The notes below the pieces were generated by a model that searched no databases, was not told where the DNA came from, and saw only the letters and a list, made by a program, of their open reading frames with translations. From Mytilus californianus (Eukaryota), in assembly GCF_021869535.1 (NCBI RefSeq), contig NW_026262582.1:7378001-7442000 (forward strand): DNA of 64,000 nt. Reading direction: 5' to 3'. Made by a program: the position numbers and the translations under genes. Positions within the stretch are counted from its first letter, which is position 1. Each line of letters begins with the position of its first letter. Below, in pieces: positions 24,570 through 37,230 of this stretch.

Positions 24570-25450
24570 GCCTTCTCTTAATATGAAAAAGGGAAATTAG
24601 CTAGATATACTTACTGCAACTGTGATGAGACGATTTAAGATTTGTACGTTTTGGCAAAAAAGTTTATCGACAGGTTGTTTGTATGCCTATGGGCACCAAT
24701 TGCGCCCCTTTCGTTGCAGATTTGTTTTATGTATTGTTATGAATCACAGTTTATGGCCAAACTCAGTAAAAATCAATCTAAATTACATTTTATCGATAGA
24801 TTTGAAAACACTTACCATTACCTTGCTGTTATTTTTGCTTTATAATAATTAAGCTTTTTCTATTTTACTGCGGAAATTTACACCAAAGAACTCACTTTAA
24901 ATAAATCTAATACAGACAGGAATAATTGTCCTTTTCTATATTTGGATATTTTAGTTTCATAGGGGAATATCTATACAAATATTTATGACAAAAGAGACGA
25001 TTTGTCGTTCCCGATTATTAATTTTCTGTTTTTGGACGGGGGTGTTCTTTGGACCCTTCTTAGGGTGTTTATATTTCAAAACTTGTTCGCTATGCCCGTG
25101 TCAGTAGTCGCGTTTTAGATTTCAAGTCAACGTAATTTATGTATAACTGGTAAATTATTGAGTGAGGGATTTCGTTACCATAAATTAAAACCTTTACCAA
25201 AGAAACAAAGATTTGGTTGGGAAGTTTGGCTATACCTGTATAGTTCTTATTAAAAACGGGATATCACATACTAATTTGTACGTTGATGTTGGTTATAAAG
25301 CCCGTAAATTTAGATACGATCCATGTTAGCTAATTGATCTTTTGAATAAACTTATTCTTAAAGGTTATTAATCAGACAGTAGTAAAATATTTAAGTATTA
25401 TTTTTATGGTACTAACGTTGATTTTGTTTTTGAAAAATTAAACCATGATA
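24570..25450 (+). mobile_element. Penelope-like element RT fragment (Naiad-type C-terminal RT), degenerate
   Basis: Across frameshifts: YRQVVCMPMGTNCAP..ADL..YCYESQF...FENTYHYL (YIDD decayed)...YTKELTLNKS...IYDKRDD.SFPIINF...ISKLVRYAR...; the ORF ends soon after with no C-terminal GIY-YIG visible. Confidence 0.75.
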
Positions 25451-25639
25451 ACTAGATATATATTGCTGTATATGTAAAGTTATGAGAACTCTTGATCCTA
25501 AATTTTGTCAATACCGTTTACTTATTTATTTTGCATCGCATAAGGTCATACGTTTCTTAGACTGTTTATGACGTTTTATACTGAATCCGTTGGATGTGTA
25601 CTGATTTATACTTTAGTCTGGGACAACATGATTCAATTA

Positions 25640-26160
25640 TTAGCTGTAATTGGCTTCGAACTAGCTTTTAGTAACTGCGAGTACTTTTAGTTCGGTGCTT
25701 TGTGTCTATTGTTTTTTGTGTAAGTTGGGATTTTTTTTTTTCTGCCTCGTACCGACCTTTTGAGATAATTCAGTTGCAACTGATGTTTACAGTTTGTTCT
25801 TATGTTGTGCTGTTACACAACTGTCCTAGGCTAGGGGATGGTTAAGCGCTCACAAACATGTTTACCCCGCCACATTCTTTATGAGCCTTTCCCAAGTCAG
25901 GAGCCAATAGTTCAGTGATTGTCGTAAGTTCGTGTCTGTCAACTTTGTTTTTCGTAAATTGTTTTGTTATAAATTAGGCCGTTAGTTTTCTCGTTCAAAT
26001 TGTTCACATTTTTCATGTCAAGGCCTATTTTAGCGGAATATACGGTATGGGTTTTTCTCATTGTTGAAGGCTGTACGGTGGCCGATAAGTGGTTACATCC
26101 ACTTCATTTGAACTCGGTGGATAGTTGTCTCAATGACAATTATACCACGTCGTTATTTTT
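25640..26160 (+). repeat. Abundant interspersed repeat family A following the PLE RT end
   Basis: ggcttcgaactagcttttagtaactgcgagtact...gcgctcacaaacatgtttaccccgccacattc...cccaagtcaggagcc...cattgttgaaggctgtacggtg. Confidence 0.75.
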
Positions 26161-26749
26161 ATATTTATTACATTACCTTAAATTTGTATTTAAAGGACAA
26201 TACACTTTGATATTTTTGTAAACCTGTATATATATATATATATATTTATAGAAGTCTATAAAAAGGACCAACCAGCAAATTTACTATGTACCGGATCGTC
26301 TAGAATAGACGATACTGTGCAGATAAGGAAAAAACTATATAAGTCTAGAGATTTGCACAACGATACTAATATAAGATGGTATTATACGAAGATGTTGTAA
26401 TTAAATCGTGTTGACAAATATTCCGGCTTAACAAATAGCCTTCTTCAGTGTCAATGGTGAGCTAAGAAGAAGTTGTAAATAATTCTAACAACAAATACTC
26501 AAGATTTTCCACCAAACACCAAATTTTCAAAATAATGACAGAAGACAATCACTTACATGTAGAAGATTCCTGTATTAGGACAGACAAGCCTAACACATTT
26601 ATAGAGAAAGGGAGATAACTCAATTTAATGATATAGCTGTTTAACTGTTCCGTTCATAGTAAATAAACAAAAATGTGAAAATCAATGTTCGGCAGTTTTC
26701 CTCGGAAGGGGTCAGAATTATTTTCATTTAGAATGTACATTAAAATTTG

Positions 26750-27090
26750 ATGCGGTTCAAGGATTGGCGACAGCAAACATGTTCAACCCCACCACATTCT
26801 GTATGTGCCTGTCCCAAGTCAGGACCCTGTTATTCAGTGGTTGTCGTCTGTTGCTGTATATCATATTTGTTTTCGGTTCATTGTTTTGTACATTAATCTG
26901 GCCGTTATATTTCTAATTTCAATTGTTTTACATTTGTCATTTCAGGGCCTTTTATAGGTTATTAAGCGGTTTGGGATTTGCTCATTGTTGAAGGCCGTTC
27001 GATGACCTATAATTGTTCACTTGTTTGACATTTGGTCTCTGGTGAAGAGTTGTCTCATTGGCAATCATATCATATCTTCTCATTTTTATA
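26750..27090 (+). repeat. Family A repeat copy
   Basis: aacatgttcaaccccaccacattc...cccaagtcagga...ttgctcattgttgaaggccg...gagttgtctcattggcaatcata. Confidence 0.8.
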
Positions 27091-27919
27091 AAGCTACAAA
27101 TTTCCTTTTCTGAAATGTAAAAGTGAACGGACAAACCAATTACTATATATAACACTGCGTTCGGAAACAGGTCGGTTAAACTAGTAAAAAACAAGTATAT
27201 AGTTAGGCTGTAATGTCATCGCTATTTCAAAGAAACACAATTGGGTATTTAAAACTATTAATTTTATTGCACAAAATACTGTCGAAATACTGACATTGGT
27301 CATCACAGCTCTTGCTGGCCATTTTCGTAAAGTCCGAACCATAGCATCACCATAGCAATAACTAAACATATAATAAACATGGAGGACACCTTCAGTGTTT
27401 GGTAAAGCATGTCACACTGAAATAGAATAATGCGCAAAATAAATTTTATAAATGAAAAGAAAAAGTCCTACAATAAATATACATGTATAAAAACAGCGTA
27501 CTTGAGAAATGTAAACGTCCTACTGAAAACATAATATACATGCATAAAAAAGAGTACTCATGAAAAGAAAAATGAAAGATAATATGTATATTAATATGGA
27601 TAATAGGGGTAAAAACAAAGTGTTACTAAAATATCCTTCATTCTTGTGTATGATAATTAGTAAAACACAAGCAAACCTTTATTTCTTTTTAATAATTGTT
27701 CCTCACGTTTGGATTGTTTGTGGGTATTCAAAACAAGAATTTTTGACATAATATATAATAAATATTTATTAAGTTCAATATACTGAATCCGTTCATGGTA
27801 TAAATAAGCTAGTTGGTGAGTGGTCTAAGGCGCTAAACCCATTTCAGACAGTGTTGACCTGATATTCAAATCTCGTTTAAGAATGAACAAATTTAGTCTT
27901 CAAAGTTAAATGCATGATT

Positions 27920-28475
27920 TTTTTATTAGTTGTTATTGGCTTTGAACTAGCTGTCAGTAACTGTGGGTTCTCTCAGATCTATACTTATTGTCTTTGTTGT
28001 TGTGGGGGTGTATAAATATCCTGCCACTTCCGGTCTGTGTTTTTGTTAGATGTATTCTGCTTTGTATCAATCTGATGAGTTAAGCCCTTTTTAACTGATT
28101 TTTACAGTTTGTTCTCATGTTGCACCACTGTCCAACGTAAGGGGGAGCGTTTTTCGCCAACAAACTTGTTTAGACCTGCCACATTCTGTATGTATTTGTC
28201 CAAAGTCAGGAGCCTGTAATTCAGTGGTTGTAGTTTGTTGCTGTATATCATGTATGTTTTTCGTTCATTGATTAGTTCATAACTCAGCCCGTTAGTTTTC
28301 TCGTTTGAATTGTTTTACATTTGTCATTTCGGGGTCTTTTATAGCTGACGATGCGGTATGGGTTTTGCTCATTGTTGAAGGCCGTGCGGTGACCTTTAGT
28401 TCTCTACGTCTATGTCATTTGGTCTCGGGTGGAGAGTTGTCTCATTGGAAATTATACCCCATCTTCTTATTTTTA
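27920..28475 (+). repeat. Family A repeat copy (long)
   Basis: ttattggctttgaactagctgtcagtaactg...ctgccacattctgtatg...caaagtcaggagcctg...ttgctcattgttgaaggccg...gagagttgtctcattgg. Confidence 0.8.
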
Positions 28476-29107
28476 TAAAAACATCTGCTCATTATTGCTT
28501 TCCTTCCGCAGCGGGATACTATTGTAAGATACCAATACACAGTATTAGTGATCAGCATAAACCTCACTAAAAGACTGGGATGAATTTGACCATATCTTTT
28601 CTTGTCCATTAAAATAGTTCCGTAATCCACAATAAAATAGATTTTACAGTTGACAGTTGACACCATGCACATTTGCGATTGTTTTTGTTTCTGTTTGTTA
28701 AGAAGAAGGAGTTATAGAGAAGGAAACATAAAAACTCGAAGACCTACGAAAATCAAGAGAGACGAAATTTTTTCATGTTGAGAAATAGATAGAAAATCAA
28801 AAATAATATATAATTTACTTCATAGATCTAAATATCACAATTATATATTATGACTGATAAGATAGTTCTTGTGTGTAGGGTTTGCCTATAGGCTAGCAAC
28901 CTATACCCTTTTTATGACTAACATTGTCGACGTGTGTATTTGCACTATCAATATATTTACTTCAAAGGCACAATTAGACCTGGAAGGTTTGATCGTGAAT
29001 TGTTAAAAAAATGCAGGTGGTCACGATATATTCGAGGTAAAAAAAAAAGGTTCGAATAAAAGAAGATCTTTCATCTACCTAATACCTTATTTTTCTAAAG
29101 AAAGAAA

Positions 29108-32100
29108 TCATTTAAAAAAATTGTTTGGTCTAATTACCTTCTGCTGACTTATTTTTAGATGTATCCGTTTCAAATGAGTCTGTATTGTTTGTTTAGTCTC
29201 GTTTTGAATAAATCTCTCCAACATATCTAGACATATCTGTTCGGCTTCAATAAGGTCATCTACACTACCATAGTTTAAGCAGAAATTTATATACTGTTGA
29301 TACATTTTCAAATGGTATTGTGTATTCATGATGTTACCACTTTCCCTAGCCTTCTGACACGCCATTTTATAATTCAGTTTTGCGTTTTGAATATTTTCTT
29401 TGGTGGGACTTAGAAGGTAGGTTTGAGCAATTTCGAGATAAATGCTTGTTAATACTATCCATTGTTCCATTTCCTTGGACAATCCCACTAATTTTTCTGC
29501 TTGAAACAACGCTTCCGAAAGATCGTTTTGGTCTCGGTCATTTTCCCACAATTTTACATAGCACTTGACTAACATCCGGGTAATTAAACATCTATGATGG
29601 AGGTTGAATTTCGGCGCCATTTTCAGCACACCAAATGATGCATAAAATGTAGCTGAACTTTTATTGAACATTTCGTCTAATGTAACAATCACATCTTTTA
29701 GTTCATTACTTTCAATTTTCTCGTTTGATCTGAGAAAATATAATATTCCATTTCGTTTTGTTACTGTACTCGCTAAAGGATTACAGGACGGGTAATGCTC
29801 GCGGTAATAGTTATTCAAATATTGCGCAAGATTATGCGCAAAACGAAACTCCGTTAAGCTATCGATCTGCTGTTCCTTATAAAAAGTACGATCACGTGGG
29901 TTTACTTTTGCCGCCTCCATCCACCATCTGTTTTTACTACTATTGTTCATCAGGGTTATTAGAAGGTCAATTAGAAATGTGTCTCTGATATTTGCAAAGG
30001 GCACGATTATATCTTTCAAAGTCATAGCTTTGACAATATGCAGAGGCAGCTTATTGTTTCGAATCTCTTTTGGATTCATTTTTCCGTAATGCTTAAATAG
30101 TTCAATTTCTCTCTCATTTCTGAATTTGTTCGTCAAAAACATTTCTACAAAGTCTAGCGAAACACTGGATATTGATATCTCTAATAATTTCAAGAAGACT
30201 TGTCTTGCCTCTTCCTGCTCGGTTAAATTGCCGTATAAATAGTCCTCCAAATGTGTAACATTACCCGTATGCAGTGCCCTTTCTGGCAAAGACATACATG
30301 CAATGTCCTGAAAAATAATTTGTTTGGCACGTGCAAAATAGTCTTCTGCTGATAGCTCTGTACTTCCGTATAACCGAAATGTCACTCCAATTGCACAACA
30401 TAAATAACTTTCATACACTTTGCTTTCGAAAGAGTCATCGAACAAATCACAATATTTTCGCAACAGCAAAACAGCATGATGGATAAAGCATATATTTCTC
30501 TTCATGGATTCTACAAGTCTAGCATCGGTGTCTAAATAATAGCAATAATGTCGTAAAAGGTGATTGACATCTTGACGTACTTTGTGTTGAGATTTAGCAT
30601 TCTCAATCATTAAAGAGGAGACTCCGTGCATCGATAGAATTCGTTTTTCACCAACGCCTTCAACAGTAGCCAATGAATAATTAGAGAGTACAAGCAATAG
30701 TTTATTAATTTCTATCTCTTTCTCTGCTCTAGATAACTGGTCCGACAGAAAACTTTTCAAAACTGTCACTGATATATTATTATGGTTTAAATAGGGAACA
30801 AGGGAAAGAACTCTTCGAGCAATGTTTGTAATTTCATCATCTAAACGTTGCAGAGTTATGCTGTAAGATCTAGCAAGGCTTTGTGTTCCCAGTGTGTCTG
30901 CCTGAAGCTGAGAGCCTAACAAATTTTTATTATATTCATAAACGCTGATATGCGTTATTTTTATAAACGATGCTGCAAGTGACAGAGCAAGGGGGAGATA
31001 ATCTAGATTTTTAGCCAATAATTTCACTTGCTTTTCTTCACTTCTGCATGAGAACGGAAAAAGGGACACTGCTTCCTTTTCAGTCATTTTATCCATTTCC
31101 ATTCCATAAATTTCGTAATGGTTCGATAAAAATCGTTTATTAGAGGTTGCTACTACATAAATATTTTCCGCTGTTATGAACCTGTCCATTGCATTGTAGA
31201 CAATGATGTCTTCCGGTGATTCGATGTCATCCAAAATTATCAAATGCTTTCGGGTCACATTTCTCTGATTGGTTAAATTTTCGATAGCCAAGTCAAGCAT
31301 TGTTCTTATACAGTCTCTTGTATCCGATTCACATAATATACATTCTATTTTCAAATGTGACATCAGTGTTGCAAATGACAAATAGACACTTCTCTCTGAT
31401 TTGCAATGAACCCGCCAGACAACGGAAGATGGATGATTTACCTGAAATTTTCTGGCATACCAAAAGGCACTCTGAGATTTCCCTGACCCATTGGGTCCTG
31501 TAATGAAACAAATATTCTTTTACCTCTTTTTGAGAACTTGTATTGATAAAAGGAATAATGAATTTTACGTCAATGACAAAGAATTTCAACAACAAAAAAT
31601 AAAACAGCTAGCAGTTAAAATTAAAAAATGAAGTCATGGATAAAAGTTCCACTGAATAATCCATGAGTAATCCATTTCATGTCACCTCACATGCAATTCT
31701 TGATAAATCGCAAGGAATAGGATGACCGTTGGCCCGTTATATAGATAGCAATAGATGGCCGAGAGGTTTCATTTATTTTTTAAATAACATTCACATTATA
31801 TATATATATATGAATTAGAAAAAGTAACGATACAATGAAACTTAGACTATATAAAATATACGCCGAAAAGTTTACCCTGAAGTCTTTATGATTCGTTCAC
31901 CCAAAACGTAAATTCATGGTAAAACAGAATACAGATCATGGATACTTGTCTACATATATCCCTCTTTAAAGGTATATAAGTGGGATTTTTTTCTGTAATC
32001 GATTTTCTTAAAATATTTTCTTGGGCATTAAGCAAATAATTATCTGCGCATCTTTCTCCAGTTTTCAAAAGTAATTACAACATTGTATTTCAAATCATTG

Positions 32101-34758
32101 GGGTGGGGCACTGATAATTACTCCTAATTTAAAGTATATTATCTTATATTTCAACTTTTTTCATGTAACTTTTAGATAATGATTCAACTTCTTGAAAATT
32201 ATAAATGCAAAAACTTATGTCTGAACTTATTCCTTTAGAATTTCAATTTAAAACTTCCAAATTTTAAATTTTGAAATGCCTAACCTTTAACAAGAACTGC
32301 TCTTTTTGTCTCAACAATGTCTATCATCTTTCTTAGCTGCTCTGTTTCCTTGAAATTTCCAACAACATTCATTGATCTGACGTCAAAACCATCTACAACA
32401 TAAATGATTAACTTTCAATTTCTTAGTACGCATTTTTTTTTTCTTCTTCGTTAAACGGAATGAACTAGCCATTGTCAAAATATATGCAGCAATAAAAGAG
32501 CTTTTTAATATGGCTATTCATAGTCCTGAAGTCCCAGTACGTCACCGCTGTTTGTGTCGTATTTAATGTGTTCAAATATAAATTTTTTTGTAGAAACGCC
32601 AGAAATTATTGTTGTTTTTCACTACATTGATTATACTCTGTATTGGATTTTAAAACACAACACAAAATTTATTTTTGCTCAATATTGTTGAAGGAAGTGT
32701 GGATGACCGTTAGCTGTTTAAATCCCTGTCTTTTAATCTTTGGTGGTATGTTCTCTCACTGGCGTTTATACCATATCTCTTTATGTTATCAAGCAATATG
32801 AACTATAATTAGCTCTTATAACCCACCATATCAGTAAATACAACACAAACATATTTAAAATGGATAAATAAGGAAAACTGAAATAACTCTCTCGGACTCC
32901 GTAATAGTATTGTCTTGGGATTGAGTAAACATTGAAGACTTACAATGATAATCATTGTTAAAAATATACCATGTTTCGAAATTTCATCAGAAGATATAGG
33001 AAAATCTGATTGGATGATATCATCTACTCCATCAATCCCAGCATTCTTCAGTAGCGATCTCACGTGCGGTAACTTTTCTTCTGTTAAGATTTCTTTCTTT
33101 TCCAGCATGTGTACCAGCTCCCGTCCATCTGTTACTTTATTCAGATCGGATTGATCCACTTTGTTTCGAAGGATAAATTTTAGATTCTTGATGTCATCTG
33201 AAAACAGTTTTACAGATTTATTTATAAGAATAAAATTTAAAAAAAAAGAATGTCTTGTGAGCAAACTAACTATTTGTATTTAAACATCATTTATTATCCT
33301 ACTGCTTGGCTATGGCTATACAACTTTCAGGTTAAAAATCAAGATCACAAAATGACTTTAAAAAACCCTGCAGCCATGCATTGCAATTTCATGGAGCATT
33401 TTGCAGTACTTTGTCATTGGGAGATCCCATCCCGAGCTAAATCCTATTTAATCTCAATGTTGAAGCTCAATGTAATCTAATACCTGTAGCACATGGAAGA
33501 AAAGCCATTCAAATTATGTCGTATTGATTGGTATTCCAATTTGCGATATTGGTGCATATTCTGGTATAAAACCACTAATTTATGGCTCCATTGGTGCACT
33601 AATTTTCGGCATTCATAGTCATAATTAAATTGAAATAAAGTGACAGTCATTTCAAGTCAAAACGATATTTTATACAGGCTTGTGCTGAAAGATTAAAAAT
33701 CCATTAATTGCAATTAAGGTCAAGTTACAGTAAACTGGCTATGTCACATATTTTGGGAGGTGAGCCTATTATTATTTCATCGTTTCCGCCGATTTTATGT
33801 GCTTTCTATACAAATGTTCACCTACTTTGATAGAATTCAATCAGTAATATTTCAGAAAATAAAAAAGATAAAGGCACTATATTTTCGATTTTCAGATAGA
33901 GTTCAACGAGCCAAAGTTGTATGCAAAATTTTACCAAAATCTGTGACATAGCCCATGTACTGTTATCGCACTTGTTTCCGGAAGTCGGGAAGTACAGAAC
34001 AGGTCCTTCTGGTCTGAGAAATAGGTAAATATGCCCTTCTCAACTTCATACACTTTTCAATAATTCAAACTAAATATTCAAAAAGGTTCAACAGTGATCC
34101 TAGGTCCTAAAGCTATCATTTCATACCAATATTACCCGAATATTTTAGTTACAGCAATGCTTAGGAACTATGGTGTGTGAAATGTGTATTATACTTTCTT
34201 CCTGACATGGTCCAAATTAAAGACACATAAAGCTTTAGTCCAAACACTAATTTATTGAATTCAAGCTCAAACTTGGTTGTTAGTAACTTATATTTTTCTG
34301 ACGGGCCCTAATTAGTGGTTTTATGCATTCTCATTGTAAAATAGAATCGTAGATTACAATATAAGTATGCTATTATCTTTGCCTGTTGTAGATAGACCAG
34401 AATGCATCAATTATTGCCGCTTGTTTGACTTCAGTCAGTTACACAATTTTGTTAATAAAATTTTTTATCTTGAAATGTCAGATAATACATCCTAAAAGTC
34501 TTAATTATGTAAATGAGTTAAATAATATGCAGCCCGGGGTATACATTGTAATAAGACAACAACAAAACGACGCAACCAAAAGCAAATTATGTTATGTATA
34601 TGGTGTATAAGCGATCTATATATATATAAAGCAACAATCTCTGCGGGTGAATCTTTATAGAATAAATCCTTACCTACTGAAAGACTTCTAGCAAGACGTT
34701 GGCAGATATTTTCATATCTGGAACTGTAGTTCACTAATGAATCATCCATGGAGTCCAT
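29108..34758 (-). CDS. DED-NB-ARC(STAND)-TPR-like protein, 936 aa; exons 34758-34674, 33197-32970, 32392-32285, 31497-29108
   Basis: All three introns are GT-AG and phase 1; exon lengths 85+228+108+2390 = 2811 nt = 937 codons. Exons 1-2 give a DED-like fold (YENICQRLARSLSV-DDIKNLKFIL...LVHMLEKKEIL). Exons 3-4 join as RAVLVKG|PNGSGKS (Walker A), followed by Walker B HLIILDD, YLPLAL (GxP-like), a winged-helix-like LSMHG and a helical C-terminus. Confidence 0.85.
33728..33962. mobile_element. MITE with TTA target duplication (PIF/Harbinger-like) in an intron of the NB-ARC gene
   Basis: tta|CAGTAAACTGGCTATGTCACATATTTTGG ... CCAAAATCTGTGACATAGCCCATGTACTG|tta: imperfect ~29-bp TIR, TTA on both flanks. 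Confidence 0.65.
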
Positions 34759-34989
34759 ATTTTTAGTACATTATATCATGAATCTAAATTGTGAGAAAAA
34801 AAACAAATACAATTTTACCAACAATTAAGGCAACGGCAAGGTCAAAGTTCACTACAAAAAGAAGGATTTTATGTTGGGCTATCTCATGAATCATTTTGAA
34901 TTATTGAACCTTTAGTTAGTAAGTTCACATACACCCATGTTCCAAGTAAAAAGGGGGAAAACTTATAGAGAACTGGTGGTATAGTTTTG

Positions 34990-35620
34990 TTCTGTTTACT
35001 TATTATATGTGATATATATGCAATTAAGGTTGTAATCCCATATGCAGTATTTTACAAGCATTCGGAAACCACTTTTTTTGCACAAATGTGGTCTATTTAT
35101 AGATAACTATGACCTTTGCCATCAACATAGTGATCTCCAAATCAAGAGGGATCTTCCTCTCATTATATTTGATTGAATATGCAATTCAAGTTGAAATCCC
35201 ATATATAGTATTTTATTTAGTATGCCGAAACCTCTTTTATACTATACAAATATTGGCCTATTTCAGGTAACATAGAACTTGACAGTAGGCATGATAACCT
35301 AAAATCAATAGGGCCTTCCTCTCATTATATGTGACAATATATCCATCATACATGAAATCCAATATATAATTATGTAATGTAGCATCCGGAAACAATTTTT
35401 TTGTACCCATTTCTATTTTTAGTTACTACGACCTTGACCTTTGACACAGTGACTTAGGCATCAAATGGATCTTCCTATCATATATGTGAACATATATCCA
35501 AGTGAGGAAGCAATCAGATGTAAATTATTTGAGTTAGCATCCTGAATCGAAAATGACTGACAAACTGACTGATCGACTGACGGACGGACGGAAGGACGAG
35601 TCAAAAACTATTTACAGTAA
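34990..35620 (+). mobile_element. HINE/Pearl-like element with three core repeats and GACT/GACG microsatellite
   Basis: Three diverged cores (gacct(t)tg...aatcaa.aggg.tcttcct.tcattat) at ~35110, 35295 and 35430, then gactgacaaactgactgatcgactgacggacggacgg. Confidence 0.55.
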
Positions 35621-36349
35621 CCGCGTATAAAAGCACATATAAAACGTATACGGAATACACAGGCTTGAAATAGTTCGAATGTATATACTAGTACCAGCGA
35701 GAATTGTCTCCCTTAGGTTGTGTTACGGTCCGAACAATACAATAGCTTGTTTTTCATATATGTTTATGTTATATGTTTCATCATATATATTTTGAATTTG
35801 GAAATACTTATACTAGAGTACTCAACAGATAAAAAATATAAAATACTAACCAATACATTGTAATAGATGTCCACTATTTCTGTATAAATAATTACCGGTT
35901 TCCATCAAAATAGTAACAAAGCAACAATCGCCTCAGTTTCGATGTTGTCAAGCCTCTCAAAAACTAAATATTACAACATTTCGTAATCTGATAAGACTAC
36001 TAACCAATATATTGAGAATTACAAATTCCACACACACCAAAAATACCCCAATTTTTCATGTGTAACAATTTCTTTTCACAATTATATGGTTAACCATGAC
36101 CTTTTAACTGAATCGATAGATTTTTTAAATACAAACCTATTAGAATTGATCTTCCATACATGTTTAAACTTGAGACTATCTTGAATTAATGTGCTTATCT
36201 ATTTAAAGGGTAGATTTATATAACTTGTTAAACTTGTCGAAAATGTAATAACAAAAGTAAGGAAATATCATGACGTGAAATGTATTTGTTTTTATTCCTA
36301 ATATACTAGTAGGTCTGTTGTTATCTATTATTTTATAAAAAGGTTATCT

Positions 36350-36520
36350 ACCTCCAGGCATAGACAGTCTTAGCCGTATTTGGTACAACATTTAGGAATT
36401 TTTGGCATGCAATGCCCTTCAACTTCCTGTTTTATTTTTTCAAACGCCAGTTACGAGTCTCATGTAAACGAAACGCGCGTCTGGCCTAAAACAATTATAA
36501 ATCTTGTATCTTTGATGACG
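36350..36520 (+). mobile_element. Retrozyme-like repeat copy with degenerate hammerhead core
   Basis: cttagccgtatttgg...cttcaactt...ACGCCA-GTTACGA-GTC..AAC-GAAA-CGCGCGTC-TGGCCT (36444-36487); the core CUGAUGA is altered. Confidence 0.75.
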
Positions 36521-36544
36521 AGATTTTAATTGTCTCCCTTTTAT

Positions 36545-36718
36545 ATACACCTTATCGCTTATCCCGCTTGACCCGAGAATCAGTCCCGCTCGAACTTTTG
36601 ACGTCATACAACAATCACTTTTCCATTGTGGCGTCAGATATTTTCTATTATGACGTCAAAATTTTACGGGAACTTGTGTGATGTCCAGTAATGGCGGACA
36701 AATAGCGATAAGGTGTAT
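36545..36718. mobile_element. Short TIR element (MITE)
   Basis: Perfect 15-bp TIR ATACACCTTATCGCT (36545-36559) / AGCGATAAGGTGTAT (36704-36718). Confidence 0.7.
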
Positions 36719-37004
36719 TGATAGAATGTTAGATAAATGATTGATTGTTGGTGTTTTACGCACAAACAGCACACACAATTGGTGGGATGGCACAGAAAAT
36801 ACTTTTATAACTGCCACAAGAACTGTAGTATATTGGAATTCAGTAAGTTGTTAAATTTGGCATTTTGTAAGTAGCGGCCATGCATATACGCCTCTCCTTT
36901 ATTAAATATAGAAAAGGGTCTTTAACATGCATAAAGCCTTGCATTCTTCACTATTATTGTCTTTGGCTTTGCTTTCAGTGATATACTTAAGCTTGTAGTT
37001 AAGA

Positions 37005-37230
37005 GAGTGTGGATGGGTAGGGGGTTTACAGAATGGAAAATAATTGGCAAAAAATATAAAGAATAGAGAAAAATGGTTCAAAAAATATAGAATAGACAAT
37101 AATGAGGTGATAAAATATTAAGAATATAGAATAATGGGCAAAAAGTATAAAGAATAGAGAAAAATTACTACAAAAATGAAGGACCCCCCCCCCCCCCCCC
37201 CCCACACACACACACAACATGCCCCTCATT
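37005..37230. mobile_element. MITE family C copy
   Basis: gagagtgtggatggg...ttacagaat, internal aaagaatagagaaaaa repeats, atgaaggaccccc; same layout as 52236-52446. Confidence 0.65.

Noticed and set aside
27810-27880. tRNA-like ggtgagtggtctaaggcg...ttcaaatc
   Set aside because: Cannot fold a cloverleaf; at most a decayed SINE head.
28068-28100. CTGATGAG motif as another hammerhead
   Set aside because: No GAAA box or helix III/NUH follows.
31498-31530. Apparent frameshift or stop just upstream of the NB-ARC P-loop
   Set aside because: Resolved by the ttgtttcattacag acceptor at 31498, which joins exon 3 in frame, so the gene is not a pseudogene on this evidence.
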